64,000 nt of DNA, from positions 1-64,000 of IMG/VR virus record IMGVR_UViG_3300020050_012045, one strand, 5' to 3'. Position numbers and translations under genes: made by a program. Origin of the DNA: a virus. Taxonomy: Duplodnaviria; Caudoviricetes. Below are positions 1-9,379 of this stretch, in pieces. Position 1 is the first letter of the stretch, and the number at the start of each line of letters is the position of its first letter. The notes below the pieces were generated by a model, which was not told the origin of the DNA, searched no databases, and was given only the letters and a program-made list of their open reading frames with translations.

Positions 1-831
1 GAAAAGCGAGTATCTGACGAACGTCTTAAATTCGCTGATCGAGCGTCAGCGATTGACAAGGAGATTCAAACGCAAGAACAAGTCGTTGCCCAAGCTTTAG
101 ACAAAACCAACGAACAAAAGCTTCAGGTTCTGAAAATGCAGCTCAAGGCCAAGGAAGAACTTCTCAAATCGCTTGATAACCAGGTCCAGGCGGCTCTCGA
201 CAGATACAAGGTAGACCTTAATCGTTTTGAAGCTGACAAAGCCACGTTTGAAGAGAAGACTGCTCAATTGGCCAGCATTAACAAAACCTTGGTGGAAGAC
301 AAGGTTAAGCTAGACGACATCGAGAACGCCATTGCGATCGTTCGCGGGTTCCTAACCGGGATTACCCAAGAACTTCTTCATGATGCTGAACAGGAAGCAA
401 ACAAGCTGCTTGGTCAGTTTAAGAACACCTCGAACATTAACGTGATGTTCCCGATGACCGAAAAGCTTCGGGACGGCATTCCGACATACTCGATTGACCT
501 TCAGGTGGAGCGGGACGGTGTACCGTACTCGTTTAAGGGTAACTTAAGTGGTGGTCAGAGGACTTCTGTCCATCTTGCGGTCGACCTAGCGTTCCTGAGA
601 ATTATTGGTCAGCGACAAGGTGGTAAGATTCCAGGGTTTTACATGTTAGACGAGTCGTTTAACGGGCATGACGCCGCTGTTAAAGAAGCGTGCATGGAAA
701 TCTTGTCTGAAATGGCTCAGGACCGTCAAATCATTATTGTGGACCATTCAGCTGAGTTCAAGGATATGTATAAGGCCAAGGTATTTGCCGACTTTGATGG
801 TCGCCAGACCACTTTTACGCTCCAAACCTGA
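1..831 (+). CDS. SbcC/Rad50/T4 gp46-like recombination ATPase, C-terminal part (5' truncated by window)
   Basis: Frame is open from base 1; coiled coil, then ABC signature LSGGQR, Walker B MLDESF and H-loop IVDH. Confidence 0.85.
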   Translation, partial: EKRVSDERLKFADRASAIDKEIQTQEQVVAQALDKTNEQKLQVLKMQLKAKEELLKSLDNQVQAALDRYKVDLNRFEADKATFEEKTAQLASINKTLVEDKVKLDDIENAIAIVRGFLTGITQELLHDAEQEANKLLGQFKNTSNINVMFPMTEKLRDGIPTYSIDLQVERDGVPYSFKGNLSGGQRTSVHLAVDLAFLRIIGQRQGGKIPGFYMLDESFNGHDAAVKEACMEILSEMAQDRQIIIVDHSAEFKDMYKAKVFADFDGRQTTFTLQT

Positions 832-832
832 A

Positions 833-839
833 GCTACTA
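833..839 (+). promoter_or_regulatory. GCTACTA motif (putative middle promoter)
   Basis: GCTACTA-N6-ATG(846), no SD; same spacing recurs at 1636, 5917, 52207 and 53310. Confidence 0.6.
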
Positions 840-845
840 CTGAAC

Positions 846-1283
846 ATGCAGTATACCTACTTGACCCCTCAGTTGCTGGATATCTGGGATAAGCTTGACG
901 ATCCAGACTACCGATACTACTTGGTAGGACTAAAGAACGACACTGGCGGCTATCAGCAGCTAACTGAGAGCTTTGAGAACACCGAACAGGAATACTACGT
1001 TACTACTCTCGCTGAAGAAGAGGGGTTGCTGTCGATCTATGGCGACTATGAGTCAGCTGAGCTGACCGTTCTAAATATCATTGCTCAAACCAAGATGAAG
1101 AAATCGGATTTTGTTTTGATCCGTGGAAACCTAAGTGAGATGTTCGGAATCATTGCAGACACCCAAAAGAAAATGATCGAGCGAGATGGACATTCTCTGC
1201 GAGTAGAAATTCAAGCTTACGATGCTAAGGGTGGACTTCTTGCTCGGGAACTGGTATACTCCCATCGGGCACCAAAACATTAA
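846..1283 (+). CDS. hypothetical protein
   Basis: 145-aa ORF packed in the operon. Confidence 0.7.
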   Translation: MQYTYLTPQLLDIWDKLDDPDYRYYLVGLKNDTGGYQQLTESFENTEQEYYVTTLAEEEGLLSIYGDYESAELTVLNIIAQTKMKKSDFVLIRGNLSEMFGIIADTQKKMIERDGHSLRVEIQAYDAKGGLLARELVYSHRAPKH

Positions 1284-1296
1284 GGAAAACAACCAG

Positions 1297-1632
1297 ATGG
1301 CCAAGCAATTTAAGAAAGCAAAGAAAGACCCATACGCAGACATCCCAGAAGACTTCAAAGACTTCGTTGCCAAAGCTAATTTGGCTGAACTGAAGGAACG
1401 TTTTGGTGAAGTCGCTAAAATGGAAGAGCAGAACGTTGCGGCATGCAAAGCTGATGCTGATTTGAATAGCAAGCGCGATGCCGTTAAAGTGGCAATGGAG
1501 CCATACAAGGACGCCGCAAAGCTTAGCCGCCTGAAAAAGAAGCTGTTGATCTCGGCTTTGTCAGACAAAGGTGATTCTGTGTCTGAATCTATTGTTCGAT
1601 TGGATATCGCTGCCAGCGAAATGAAAAATTAA
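1297..1632 (+). CDS. hypothetical coiled-coil protein
   Basis: ATG at 1297 after AAGGA; in frame with track ORF 1222..1632. Confidence 0.7.
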   Translation: MAKQFKKAKKDPYADIPEDFKDFVAKANLAELKERFGEVAKMEEQNVAACKADADLNSKRDAVKVAMEPYKDAAKLSRLKKKLLISALSDKGDSVSESIVRLDIAASEMKN

Positions 1633-1635
1633 GAG

Positions 1636-1642
1636 GCTACTA
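1636..1642 (+). promoter_or_regulatory. GCTACTA motif (putative middle promoter)
   Basis: GCTACTA-CCACGC-ATG(1649). Confidence 0.6.
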
Positions 1643-1648
1643 CCACGC

Positions 1649-2023
1649 ATGCCGCTTATTACCCCTACCCCCGCGACGCTCAAAAAATACGGTTTAAGTC
1701 TCGAAGAATGGCAAGCGATGGCCGACGCTCAAGACCATAAGTGTTTTGTGTGTCAGCAGGAACCCAAGAAGGGGCGCTTAAATTGCGACCATGAGCATGT
1801 CTTTCGCTGGAAATGGATGAAACCAGAAGAGCGAAAGCTGTTTTGTCGCGGACTCCTCTGCTATACTTGCAATTACCATCACCTAGGTAGGTCAATGACG
1901 ATTGCTAAGGCTCAGAGAATAATTGAGTATCTACAAGCTTATATGGCACGTCGTCCGAAAGAAATTCCCGTAGCTGTTAAACCAAAGAAGAAAAAGAAGA
2001 TTAAGAAAGGCAAGGCAAAGTGA
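1649..2023 (+). CDS. Recombination endonuclease VII-like (Holliday junction resolvase family)
   Basis: YGLSLEEW...Q..CxxC...DHEH...RGLLCxxCN pattern. Confidence 0.85.
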   Translation: MPLITPTPATLKKYGLSLEEWQAMADAQDHKCFVCQQEPKKGRLNCDHEHVFRWKWMKPEERKLFCRGLLCYTCNYHHLGRSMTIAKAQRIIEYLQAYMARRPKEIPVAVKPKKKKKIKKGKAK

Positions 2024-4857
2024 GCGAAATTTCAAATCTGGCCAAGGTAGTAATCCAACGAACGTACTCTCGTAAAAAGGAGAACGGTAAACTTGAAACC
2101 TGGGCAGAAATCGTAGAACGTGCAATTCGCGGAAACACTCGAAACTTCAACGTCTCCCAAGAGGAGATTGATCGTCTTTGGTACTTTTTAATCAATCGCA
2201 AAGCTGGTCCCGCTGGACGTGGCTGGTGGTTCAGCGGTACAAAAGCGCATGAAAAGCTTGGCGGCGTAGCATTGTCCAACTGTTGGTATTTGAACGCCGA
2301 CAGTTGGGAGAATTACGTTCAAGCCGAAGATCTTCTGATGCTAGGGGGTGGTGTTGGAATGTCAGTTGAACACCGCTTCGTAAGCAAGCTTCCAAAGATC
2401 AAGAAAGGTGTAAAAATTAGCCACCTTCCGACTAAGGACGCTCAGTTTATCGTACCGGACAGTCGAGAAGGATGGTGTGAACTTACCCGAAAAGTTCTGG
2501 AAGCGTTCTTTGTGACGGGAAAGGGGTTCACCTGGTCAACAGTGTGTATCCGTGGAGCAGGGGAACCCATCCATGGATTTGGGGGCTACGCATCTGGGCC
2601 GATGCCTTTAATTACGTTTACCGACAAAGTGACCTCACTGCTACAGGCTCGTGAAGGCAAGTCAGTTCGCCCAATCGACGCAGCCGATCTTCTCTGCTGT
2701 ATCGGCGAGCTAGTCGTGAGTGGAAACGTTCGCAGAAGTGCATTAATCCTTCTTGGTGACGCCTGGGACAAAGAATACCTAAAGGCCAAGCGTTGGGATC
2801 TTGGACCCATTCCTACACAACGTGCTATGGCAAATTACTCTGTGGTCGTTGATGACATGGAAGACGTTCACCCATTGTTCTGGAAAACATACGAACAAGG
2901 CGAGCCATTCGGCATCATGAATCGCAAGAATGTTCAAAAGTATGGTCGAATGGGAGAACTCAAAGCAGACAAGGCTGTGGGGCTCAATCCTTGTGTCCCG
3001 GCAGGAACGCAAATCTTGACTGACAAGGGGTATTTTGCGATAGATTCTCTACTTGGTCATACTGTCAACGTTTGGAATGGTAGTGAGTTCTCGCCAGTTC
3101 AACCCCAAGTTACAGGTCACAATCAAAATCTGGTCAAGGTTACGTTAAGCTCAGGTCAGGAACTCATCTGTACTGAGGCTCATAACTTCCCTGTGAAAAT
3201 GGGAAACTCTTTCGAGCTAGTGAGAGCCAAGGATTTGCGTACCGGACTTGCTTTGGCAAAATTTGAATTGCCGATTGTTCAGTCGGGTACTGAAGTATCA
3301 GCAGCGCAAGCATACTCTCAAGGGTTCTACTCTGGCGATGGAAATACTAGCGATTCCGAGGCTACCCGCAAGTACATCCACATGTATGGAGAGAAAACTC
3401 TCTGTGCTGAAAGAATGAGCGGCAAGCTAGGTAGCTTCGATCCATTACAAGATCGAGCTAGTTTTGCGCTGGATTTCATCCCAGCTGCAAAGAATTTCGT
3501 TCCGCTCAGCTGGAACTTGACTTCACGCTTGGAATGGCTAGCTGGCGTATTGGATGCTGAAGGGACTGAACTGAAAGAGGGCGGTACTCAAGTGACGTCA
3601 GTCGACCGCGAATTTCTTATCCAGACTCAAAAACTTTTGACTACCATGGGGGTGAGCAGCAAGATCAGTAAGTCAAGAGATGCTGGTCCACGTCTAATGC
3701 CAGACGGCAGGGGCGGGAGTAAATTTTACGATTGCCAAGCTTCGTATCGTATTTGTGTTGGGGCTGTTCAGGTTCAGTCGTTAAAGAAGCTTGGACTTAA
3801 GTGCGAGCGTCTGTCCTTTGACAAGACTCCGCAACGTGACGCTTCACGTTTCGTTACGGTGTTGGAGGTTGTTCCAGCTGGTGTTGCCGATACCGTTTAC
3901 TGCTTCAAAGAGGGTAAGAAAGGCTTGGGAACCTTTGAAGGTATTGTAACTGGACAATGCGCGGAAGCCACCCTTGAGTCCGGTGAGGCGTGCAATCTCC
4001 AGGATATCGCTTTATCCAACATCGACTCTGAAGAAGAGTTTATTGAGGCGGCCCGACTTATGCATCGGTGGGGCAAACGAGTAGCGATGGAGCGTTATCA
4101 CTGGGAAAACTCTCAGGAAGTAATCTCTCGTAATTATCGAATTGGAACTGGGATCACCGGCTGTCTTCGGTCTCCTCTGTTTACGCCAGACGTTTTGGAT
4201 CGTGCGTACGCCGCAATTCAAGATGAGAACGTTAAATATTCAAAAGAACTGGGTATCCCAGAAAGCATTCGCACAACTGTAGTTAAGCCATCCGGCACGG
4301 TATCGAAGTGCTACGATATGGCTGGATACGAAGGGATTCACGCGGCTTATAGCCGACACTACATCCAGCGAGTGCGTTTCGCAGCTAATGACGCATTGGT
4401 TCAAAAGTTGCGTGATGCTGGACATAAAATTGAACCAGTCATTCGTTTTGATGGCTCGCTAGATCACTCCACTGTCGTCTGTGATTTCTACGAACAGGCT
4501 CCAGAAGGATTTCCGGTTGCGGACGATGCCGATTGGGATATGATGAAGCAACTTGAAATCCTCAAGATGGCTCAAAAGCACTGGGCAGACCAAGCTGTTT
4601 CGGTTACAATTTATTATAAGCGCGAAGAGTTAGATCAACTCAAGTCTTGGTTGACTGAAAATCTCAAGGAGATCAAGTCAATAAGCTTCCTGTGCCATAG
4701 TGAGCATGGATTTATCCAAGCACCAAAGGAAAAGATCACCAAAGAACAGTACGATGAGCTGTCTTCTAAAGTTAAGCCGGTAAACCTGGATGACCTGACT
4801 GATGCTGGCGACTTATTGGATCTAGAATGCTCAAATGGTTCCTGCCCAATACGCTAA
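2020..4857 (+). CDS. nrdJ: Class II (AdoCbl-dependent, monomeric RTPR-type) ribonucleotide reductase containing an intein
   Basis: RTYSR, PAGRG, NC, GGGVG, VSGNVRRSA, NP|C-AE active site, CNL, TVVKPSGT, C-terminal CSNGSCP. Confidence 0.93.
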   Translation: MSEISNLAKVVIQRTYSRKKENGKLETWAEIVERAIRGNTRNFNVSQEEIDRLWYFLINRKAGPAGRGWWFSGTKAHEKLGGVALSNCWYLNADSWENYVQAEDLLMLGGGVGMSVEHRFVSKLPKIKKGVKISHLPTKDAQFIVPDSREGWCELTRKVLEAFFVTGKGFTWSTVCIRGAGEPIHGFGGYASGPMPLITFTDKVTSLLQAREGKSVRPIDAADLLCCIGELVVSGNVRRSALILLGDAWDKEYLKAKRWDLGPIPTQRAMANYSVVVDDMEDVHPLFWKTYEQGEPFGIMNRKNVQKYGRMGELKADKAVGLNPCVPAGTQILTDKGYFAIDSLLGHTVNVWNGSEFSPVQPQVTGHNQNLVKVTLSSGQELICTEAHNFPVKMGNSFELVRAKDLRTGLALAKFELPIVQSGTEVSAAQAYSQGFYSGDGNTSDSEATRKYIHMYGEKTLCAERMSGKLGSFDPLQDRASFALDFIPAAKNFVPLSWNLTSRLEWLAGVLDAEGTELKEGGTQVTSVDREFLIQTQKLLTTMGVSSKISKSRDAGPRLMPDGRGGSKFYDCQASYRICVGAVQVQSLKKLGLKCERLSFDKTPQRDASRFVTVLEVVPAGVADTVYCFKEGKKGLGTFEGIVTGQCAEATLESGEACNLQDIALSNIDSEEEFIEAARLMHRWGKRVAMERYHWENSQEVISRNYRIGTGITGCLRSPLFTPDVLDRAYAAIQDENVKYSKELGIPESIRTTVVKPSGTVSKCYDMAGYEGIHAAYSRHYIQRVRFAANDALVQKLRDAGHKIEPVIRFDGSLDHSTVVCDFYEQAPEGFPVADDADWDMMKQLEILKMAQKHWADQAVSVTIYYKREELDQLKSWLTENLKEIKSISFLCHSEHGFIQAPKEKITKEQYDELSSKVKPVNLDDLTDAGDLLDLECSNGSCPIR
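2992..3957 (+). mobile_element. 322-aa intein with LAGLIDADG homing endonuclease, ending in Gln
   Basis: Starts CVPAGTQILTDKG right after NP; endonuclease blocks GFYSGDG and LAGVLDAEG; ends VYCF...GIVTGQ before CAE; excision restores NPCAE. Confidence 0.92.
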
Positions 4858-4865
4858 AGCGTGCC

Positions 4866-4883
4866 CAATCTTCACTCAATCTT
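4866..4883 (+). promoter_or_regulatory. Tandem CAATCTT motifs (putative late promoter)
   Basis: CAATCTT at 4866 and 4877; the second is 6 nt before ATG 4890. Confidence 0.6.
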
Positions 4884-4889
4884 CTGAGT

Positions 4890-5441
4890 ATGAAGTTAAA
4901 TCCATTGGAAAATCAAAAATTTGGCAGATATCTAGTTCTTAGTCGAGCGTCTAACGACAAAAATAAGATGACCAGGTATCACTGTAAGTGTGAATGCGGT
5001 ACAGAAAACATCGTATACGCTAAGCATTTGCTATCTGGAGACAGCACCGGATGTTCTCAGTGCTCAATCAAAAGAGGTGTTAATCATGCGCTGTGGGATG
5101 GGTGCGGAGAAATATCTGGCGGATGGTGGTACAATAGGGTAACTAAAAGTCGCACGGGTAGAAGAAAGCAGCCAATAGTATCGATTGACGTTGTATATGG
5201 TTGGGATCTTTTTCTGAAACAAGAAGGAAAATGTGCACTAAGTGGAATGCCGCTAACATTTGGTAACACTGCCACGACCAACAGTGCTTCACTTGATCGA
5301 ATTGATAGTGACAAAGGTTACGAACCAGGGAATGTTCAGTGGGTTCACAAGCACGTGAATTTAATGAAAAATGTATACAGCCAAAAATATTTTATAGATA
5401 TTTGTCATAAAATAAGTGAGTTTACCAAAACACCAAAGTAA
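4890..5441 (+). CDS. Free-standing HNH-type homing endonuclease
   Basis: N-terminal KFGR..CKCECG..STGC module; C-terminal SLDRIDSDKGYEPGNVQWVHKHVN. Confidence 0.85.
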   Translation: MKLNPLENQKFGRYLVLSRASNDKNKMTRYHCKCECGTENIVYAKHLLSGDSTGCSQCSIKRGVNHALWDGCGEISGGWWYNRVTKSRTGRRKQPIVSIDVVYGWDLFLKQEGKCALSGMPLTFGNTATTNSASLDRIDSDKGYEPGNVQWVHKHVNLMKNVYSQKYFIDICHKISEFTKTPK

Positions 5442-5478
5442 CTGTAGGCGGAAGCTGTCCAATTCGATAGGAGGTACC

Positions 5479-5916
5479 ATGACGCTATTTGTGAACTTCA
5501 AAAAGCAATCTCCAGATGTACAAACACCCAGCTACGGGCGGGACGGCGACTCTGGCATGGACGCTAGGGCGTACCTGGAAGAGGACGTCACCATTGAGCC
5601 TGGCTTCATTAAGGTGATTCCTACTGGGTTGTCATTTGAGATGCCGATTGGCGTGGAGCTGCAAGCTCGCTCCCGTTCGGGGCTTTCTACTAAGGGAATC
5701 GTGGTCGCCAATTCACCTGGTACGATCGACAGTTCCTTCAGGGGGAATGTCGGGATCATTCTCTGGAATAATGGTCAGACAGCTTTCACCGTTAAGAACG
5801 GTGACCGGATCGCCCAGCTGGTTTTTGCTCCTGTATTAAGAGCTAACCTGACCGAGAAAGATAGTTTGTCCGAAACTGATCGTGGCGACAAAGGTTTCGG
5901 CTCTTCGGGCGTCTAA
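5479..5916 (+). CDS. dut: dUTPase (trimeric)
   Basis: SGMD, RSGL, NSPGTIDSSFRG, GDRIAQLV, RGDKGFGSSG; SD AGGAGG before ATG 5479. Confidence 0.96.
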   Translation: MTLFVNFKKQSPDVQTPSYGRDGDSGMDARAYLEEDVTIEPGFIKVIPTGLSFEMPIGVELQARSRSGLSTKGIVVANSPGTIDSSFRGNVGIILWNNGQTAFTVKNGDRIAQLVFAPVLRANLTEKDSLSETDRGDKGFGSSGV

Positions 5917-5923
5917 GCTACTA
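5917..5923 (+). promoter_or_regulatory. GCTACTA motif (putative middle promoter)
   Basis: GCTACTA-GCTGGT-ATG(5930). Confidence 0.6.
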
Positions 5924-5929
5924 GCTGGT

Positions 5930-6775
5930 ATGTCATTCTTTAAGCGCCAACCAACCGACGAACAATCCTCTGAATCTGAACAGCCAACCGAAGACGAGAC
6001 TTTGGATGAAGTGGAGGTCCGTCTTCATAAGGCCCAATACTATCGTGCAGTCCTCGATAACGACCTGTTTGGTGGCGACGAGTCAGACGTTGCAGCCCAG
6101 GTAAGCTCAGAATTCCGCGAGTTTGCGTTAACTCGCCTTCGAGTCCTTCTTGGTATCGAACAAGAACGAGTAGAGCCACAACCTGTAGAACTTCCGTTTT
6201 CGGAAGAACAGATTGAAGCTTTACAGATGTGGGCTGAAAAATTACTAAACAAACCAGCCCTGCTTCAGCAAACCTCACAGCAGCCGCAGGTTACTCCGGT
6301 GATGAGCAAGGTTGAGGTTAAGCCTCAACCAAGGTTTAGCTCAGTTCCACCACCCCAACCAGTGGCCGTAACCTCAAAACGTCCGGCTGCCAAAACTCCA
6401 CCTAAGAAAGAGACTATCAAGTCTAAATCAACCGCCAAGACGCCGAAGAAGGTAGCTAAGCAGGAAGACTTGCCCCCTGGTATTAAAATCGACGAAAATG
6501 GCGAGAAATACTTCGAGCAAGAAAAGGAAGTTGTTGACCAGTACGGCACGGTGGTTAAGAAGACCGTCAAGATGAGCATCAACGATCAGGCTGCACCGCC
6601 AATAAACGACCCCAACTACAAGCCTATGCCGTCTCCGCAAATGATGCAGGCGGTCAGCCAACAGATGGCTCAAGCAGGCATGGGCTTTGCTCAGGGGTTT
6701 GGATTGGGGCCTGAGATCCAGAAATTCATGAACACTGGCGTAAACGAAGTCGGACCAAACGACAGCGGAATTTGA
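5930..6775 (+). CDS. hypothetical protein with Pro/Lys/Gln-rich low-complexity linker
   Basis: ATG 5930 in frame with track ORF, avoids overlap with dut. Confidence 0.75.
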   Translation: MSFFKRQPTDEQSSESEQPTEDETLDEVEVRLHKAQYYRAVLDNDLFGGDESDVAAQVSSEFREFALTRLRVLLGIEQERVEPQPVELPFSEEQIEALQMWAEKLLNKPALLQQTSQQPQVTPVMSKVEVKPQPRFSSVPPPQPVAVTSKRPAAKTPPKKETIKSKSTAKTPKKVAKQEDLPPGIKIDENGEKYFEQEKEVVDQYGTVVKKTVKMSINDQAAPPINDPNYKPMPSPQMMQAVSQQMAQAGMGFAQGFGLGPEIQKFMNTGVNEVGPNDSGI

Positions 6776-6803
6776 TAAGCTATTCAATCAACAGGAGATT
6801 ACC

Positions 6804-7325
6804 ATGGCAGACAAACCAAAAACTATTCTTGAACGTGTCCAAAACCTTGAATCGAACGTCCAGTCAATCGCACAGGCTTTTAACCAGGTTGACGAACAAC
6901 GTCAAACGCTTGGCGAAGTCATCGAAGTGCTTCAGACCGCACTGACTGAACTCGGAGATGACTTCGCTGGCAAAGTTCAAAAGCGCATTGAAGATCGTCG
7001 CGAAGAGCAACGCAAAGCTCGTGACGCTCGGGCAGCCGAAGCGGTTAGTAAGATGGTTGCTGATGGTACATTGACGGTAGTTGATGCCGTAGCTCAGGAT
7101 TCATTCTTGGTTGGCCGTATTCTGGCCGCTGATGGTTCCGTTGTGTCTGCTCAGGCGCAAGGCGTGCTCGGTACCTTTCCACCAAACATGCGTGAGCAGC
7201 TGGTGGGCAAGACCGTAGGTGAGTCCGTGACTGACGCCGATGGCTCTAAGTTTGAGCTTCTTGAGCTGTACAAGTTCGATTCGCCTAAGACTTTGACAGA
7301 ACCTGAAGCCCAGCCAACTGCATAA
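6804..7325 (+). CDS. hypothetical protein: N-terminal coiled coil plus possible FKBP/GreA-C-like domain
   Basis: SD AGGAG; LGTFPPNMREQLVGKTVGESV resembles FKBP and GreA C-terminal motifs. Confidence 0.5.
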   Translation: MADKPKTILERVQNLESNVQSIAQAFNQVDEQRQTLGEVIEVLQTALTELGDDFAGKVQKRIEDRREEQRKARDARAAEAVSKMVADGTLTVVDAVAQDSFLVGRILAADGSVVSAQAQGVLGTFPPNMREQLVGKTVGESVTDADGSKFELLELYKFDSPKTLTEPEAQPTA

Positions 7326-7330
7326 ATTGC

Positions 7331-7359
7331 TTGCCACCGGCTATTAGTGTCAATAAGGT
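7331..7359 (+). promoter_or_regulatory. sigma70-like promoter, leaderless geometry; overlapping GCTATTA at 7340
   Basis: TTGCCA-N17-TAAGGT-N6-ATG(7366). Confidence 0.5.
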
Positions 7360-7365
7360 GGCATA

Positions 7366-9012
7366 ATGACCGATTCAACTCTCCGTCCATCTTGCCCCAA
7401 GTGCGGCAAGCCAAATATGGTAAAATCAAAGGCGCAGTCAGGTAAAGTTCGATGGACTTGCCAGTCTGGCGGAACTAAGACCCGGATTAGATGCTATTCT
7501 TCTGTAAATCCATGGGCTGGGGTACGCAAGTCTGCCGATGGAATTAAAGAAGCGTACGGAGCTAATACCAAAACCCCGCCTGGACCACCAGAGATTGCCA
7601 AGAAATTTGTCAAAAAGCTGGTGTCACCAACCAAGCGGTACATAGTGACATCCGCCCAAAACGGCACACCGATTAACAAGCCCTTCTTTGACTCTATTCA
7701 GGTAGCATGCAAGCGACTCAAAGCGCAATTGTTGGTGATTCCGTACCGCTACAAAAACCCCACTTCTGAGTGGACCGAATCGCAAGAAAACCATGAGTGG
7801 TGGACAGAAGAGGTGTACCCTTATCTGTGCAACACCAGAACAAAACTGAATCCCAACCTATTCATCCTTGGAGAAGTTAAGGTTCAACCAACTGCAAGCT
7901 CTCCCTTAACCGGCCTTGAGGGATTTACTGGAGCAGAATCAGGGATTGTAGGACATCCACGAGTTCAAGTGAAAGTGATTCCTGTTCCATCGGGTAAGAC
8001 GCCTAAGCTGATGGTTACCACGGGTTCTATTACCGTAAAGAACTACTCAGACTCTAAGCAGGGGGCAATGGGTGAGTTTCACCATTCGTTTGGAGCGGTC
8101 ATTGTAGAGGTAGTAGGCAATACGTTTTTTGTTCGCCAGTTATTGGCCGACAAAGACGGATCGTTTATTGACGGCTCAACCCTATACACTCCCACCAAGT
8201 ACGTTAAGGCACAAAGGGCCAAGTCACTGGCAATGGGTGACAGTCACGTGGACGTGATCGATGAAGGTGTCCTTAAGGCTACGTTTGGCAAAGGTGGGAT
8301 TGTCGAGGAGTGCGAACCTGAATACATTTTCGCCCACGACCTGGCTGACATGGGAAGCTGTAACCCGCATGAAGTTGGGAACGTGTTCTTACAGATCGCC
8401 AAGAACGCTTCAGGCAAGAACAAGATTCGCCAGGAGGTTTTGGCGGCATGTAATTTTATTGACCGCTACATCCCGCTAACTTCAACCCCAGTCATCGTAG
8501 GGTCGAATCATGATAACTTCTTGTCACGTCACATCGTGAATACTGATTGGCGGTCAGATCCTGATATGGACAACGCCAAGTTCTACTTGGAAACAGCTCT
8601 AGCTATGTTGGAGGGCACCAAGATGGCTCCAGGTGGGGCTACCTATCCGTCTCCATTCGCTCAATGGGCCAAGAAGCTTATTAAGCATCCAAAGCTTAAG
8701 GTTCTTGGTACTGGCGAGTCCATGATGGTTTTAGACGTGGAATTCGGACTTCATGGAGATAAGGGGCCAAACGGATCCAGAGGGTCGATTAAGAATATCG
8801 CTCGAATTGGTGTCAAAACAGTGATTGGTCATAGCCATACGCCAGGAATCGAAGGCGGGTGTTATCAAGCCGGCACCTCTTCACGTCGTGATCTGACTTA
8901 CGCTGCTGGGTCACCCTCAAGCTGGATGCATGCTCACGTCATCCAGTACGCCAACGGCAAACGGTCGCTACTATTCATTATCGACGGCAAATGGCGGTCA
9001 AGTGCCCTCTAA
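7366..9012 (+). CDS. T5 A1-like metallophosphoesterase/nuclease with N-terminal Zn ribbon
   Basis: 548 aa; VTSAQN, TTGSIT..NY, FHH, GDSH, HD..D, SNHD, HG..GPNGSRG, GHSH, PSSW, NGKR; N-terminal CPKC...WTC. Confidence 0.75.
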   Translation: MTDSTLRPSCPKCGKPNMVKSKAQSGKVRWTCQSGGTKTRIRCYSSVNPWAGVRKSADGIKEAYGANTKTPPGPPEIAKKFVKKLVSPTKRYIVTSAQNGTPINKPFFDSIQVACKRLKAQLLVIPYRYKNPTSEWTESQENHEWWTEEVYPYLCNTRTKLNPNLFILGEVKVQPTASSPLTGLEGFTGAESGIVGHPRVQVKVIPVPSGKTPKLMVTTGSITVKNYSDSKQGAMGEFHHSFGAVIVEVVGNTFFVRQLLADKDGSFIDGSTLYTPTKYVKAQRAKSLAMGDSHVDVIDEGVLKATFGKGGIVEECEPEYIFAHDLADMGSCNPHEVGNVFLQIAKNASGKNKIRQEVLAACNFIDRYIPLTSTPVIVGSNHDNFLSRHIVNTDWRSDPDMDNAKFYLETALAMLEGTKMAPGGATYPSPFAQWAKKLIKHPKLKVLGTGESMMVLDVEFGLHGDKGPNGSRGSIKNIARIGVKTVIGHSHTPGIEGGCYQAGTSSRRDLTYAAGSPSSWMHAHVIQYANGKRSLLFIIDGKWRSSAL

Positions 9013-9379
9013 AGAGACATTAGAAGCCGACCTTCGCGATGCCATCCGCCTAGCATACGCTATTGGTTCGGAAATCGAGGCGATCCGATTCAGAATCCAA
9101 ACCGAAGAGATTATCTCCAAGGATTTGTTGGCTCAACTCTGGAACAACAAAAAACAGATACAGGCCGAGTTGGCACAAGATGTGATTAATATGCTTGAAG
9201 TTAAACAGTTCATTTACGAACGCAAACACATTAAAGAGCTAGTTGTCAGGAATCAAACCCATCTAAAGGCTAGCAGCATGGCTTTAGACAAAAACATCGC
9301 AGAAAAGCGAGCGACAGAGATGAAGATGGAATCGATCTTGAAACAAATTGGCCAATTTGGTAAGGTAATGAACCTATGA
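9002..9379 (+). CDS. hypothetical coiled-coil protein
   Basis: Probable GTG start at 9002 in frame with track ORF 8930; GCTACTA at 8967 upstream. Confidence 0.65.
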   Translation: MPSKETLEADLRDAIRLAYAIGSEIEAIRFRIQTEEIISKDLLAQLWNNKKQIQAELAQDVINMLEVKQFIYERKHIKELVVRNQTHLKASSMALDKNIAEKRATEMKMESILKQIGQFGKVMNL

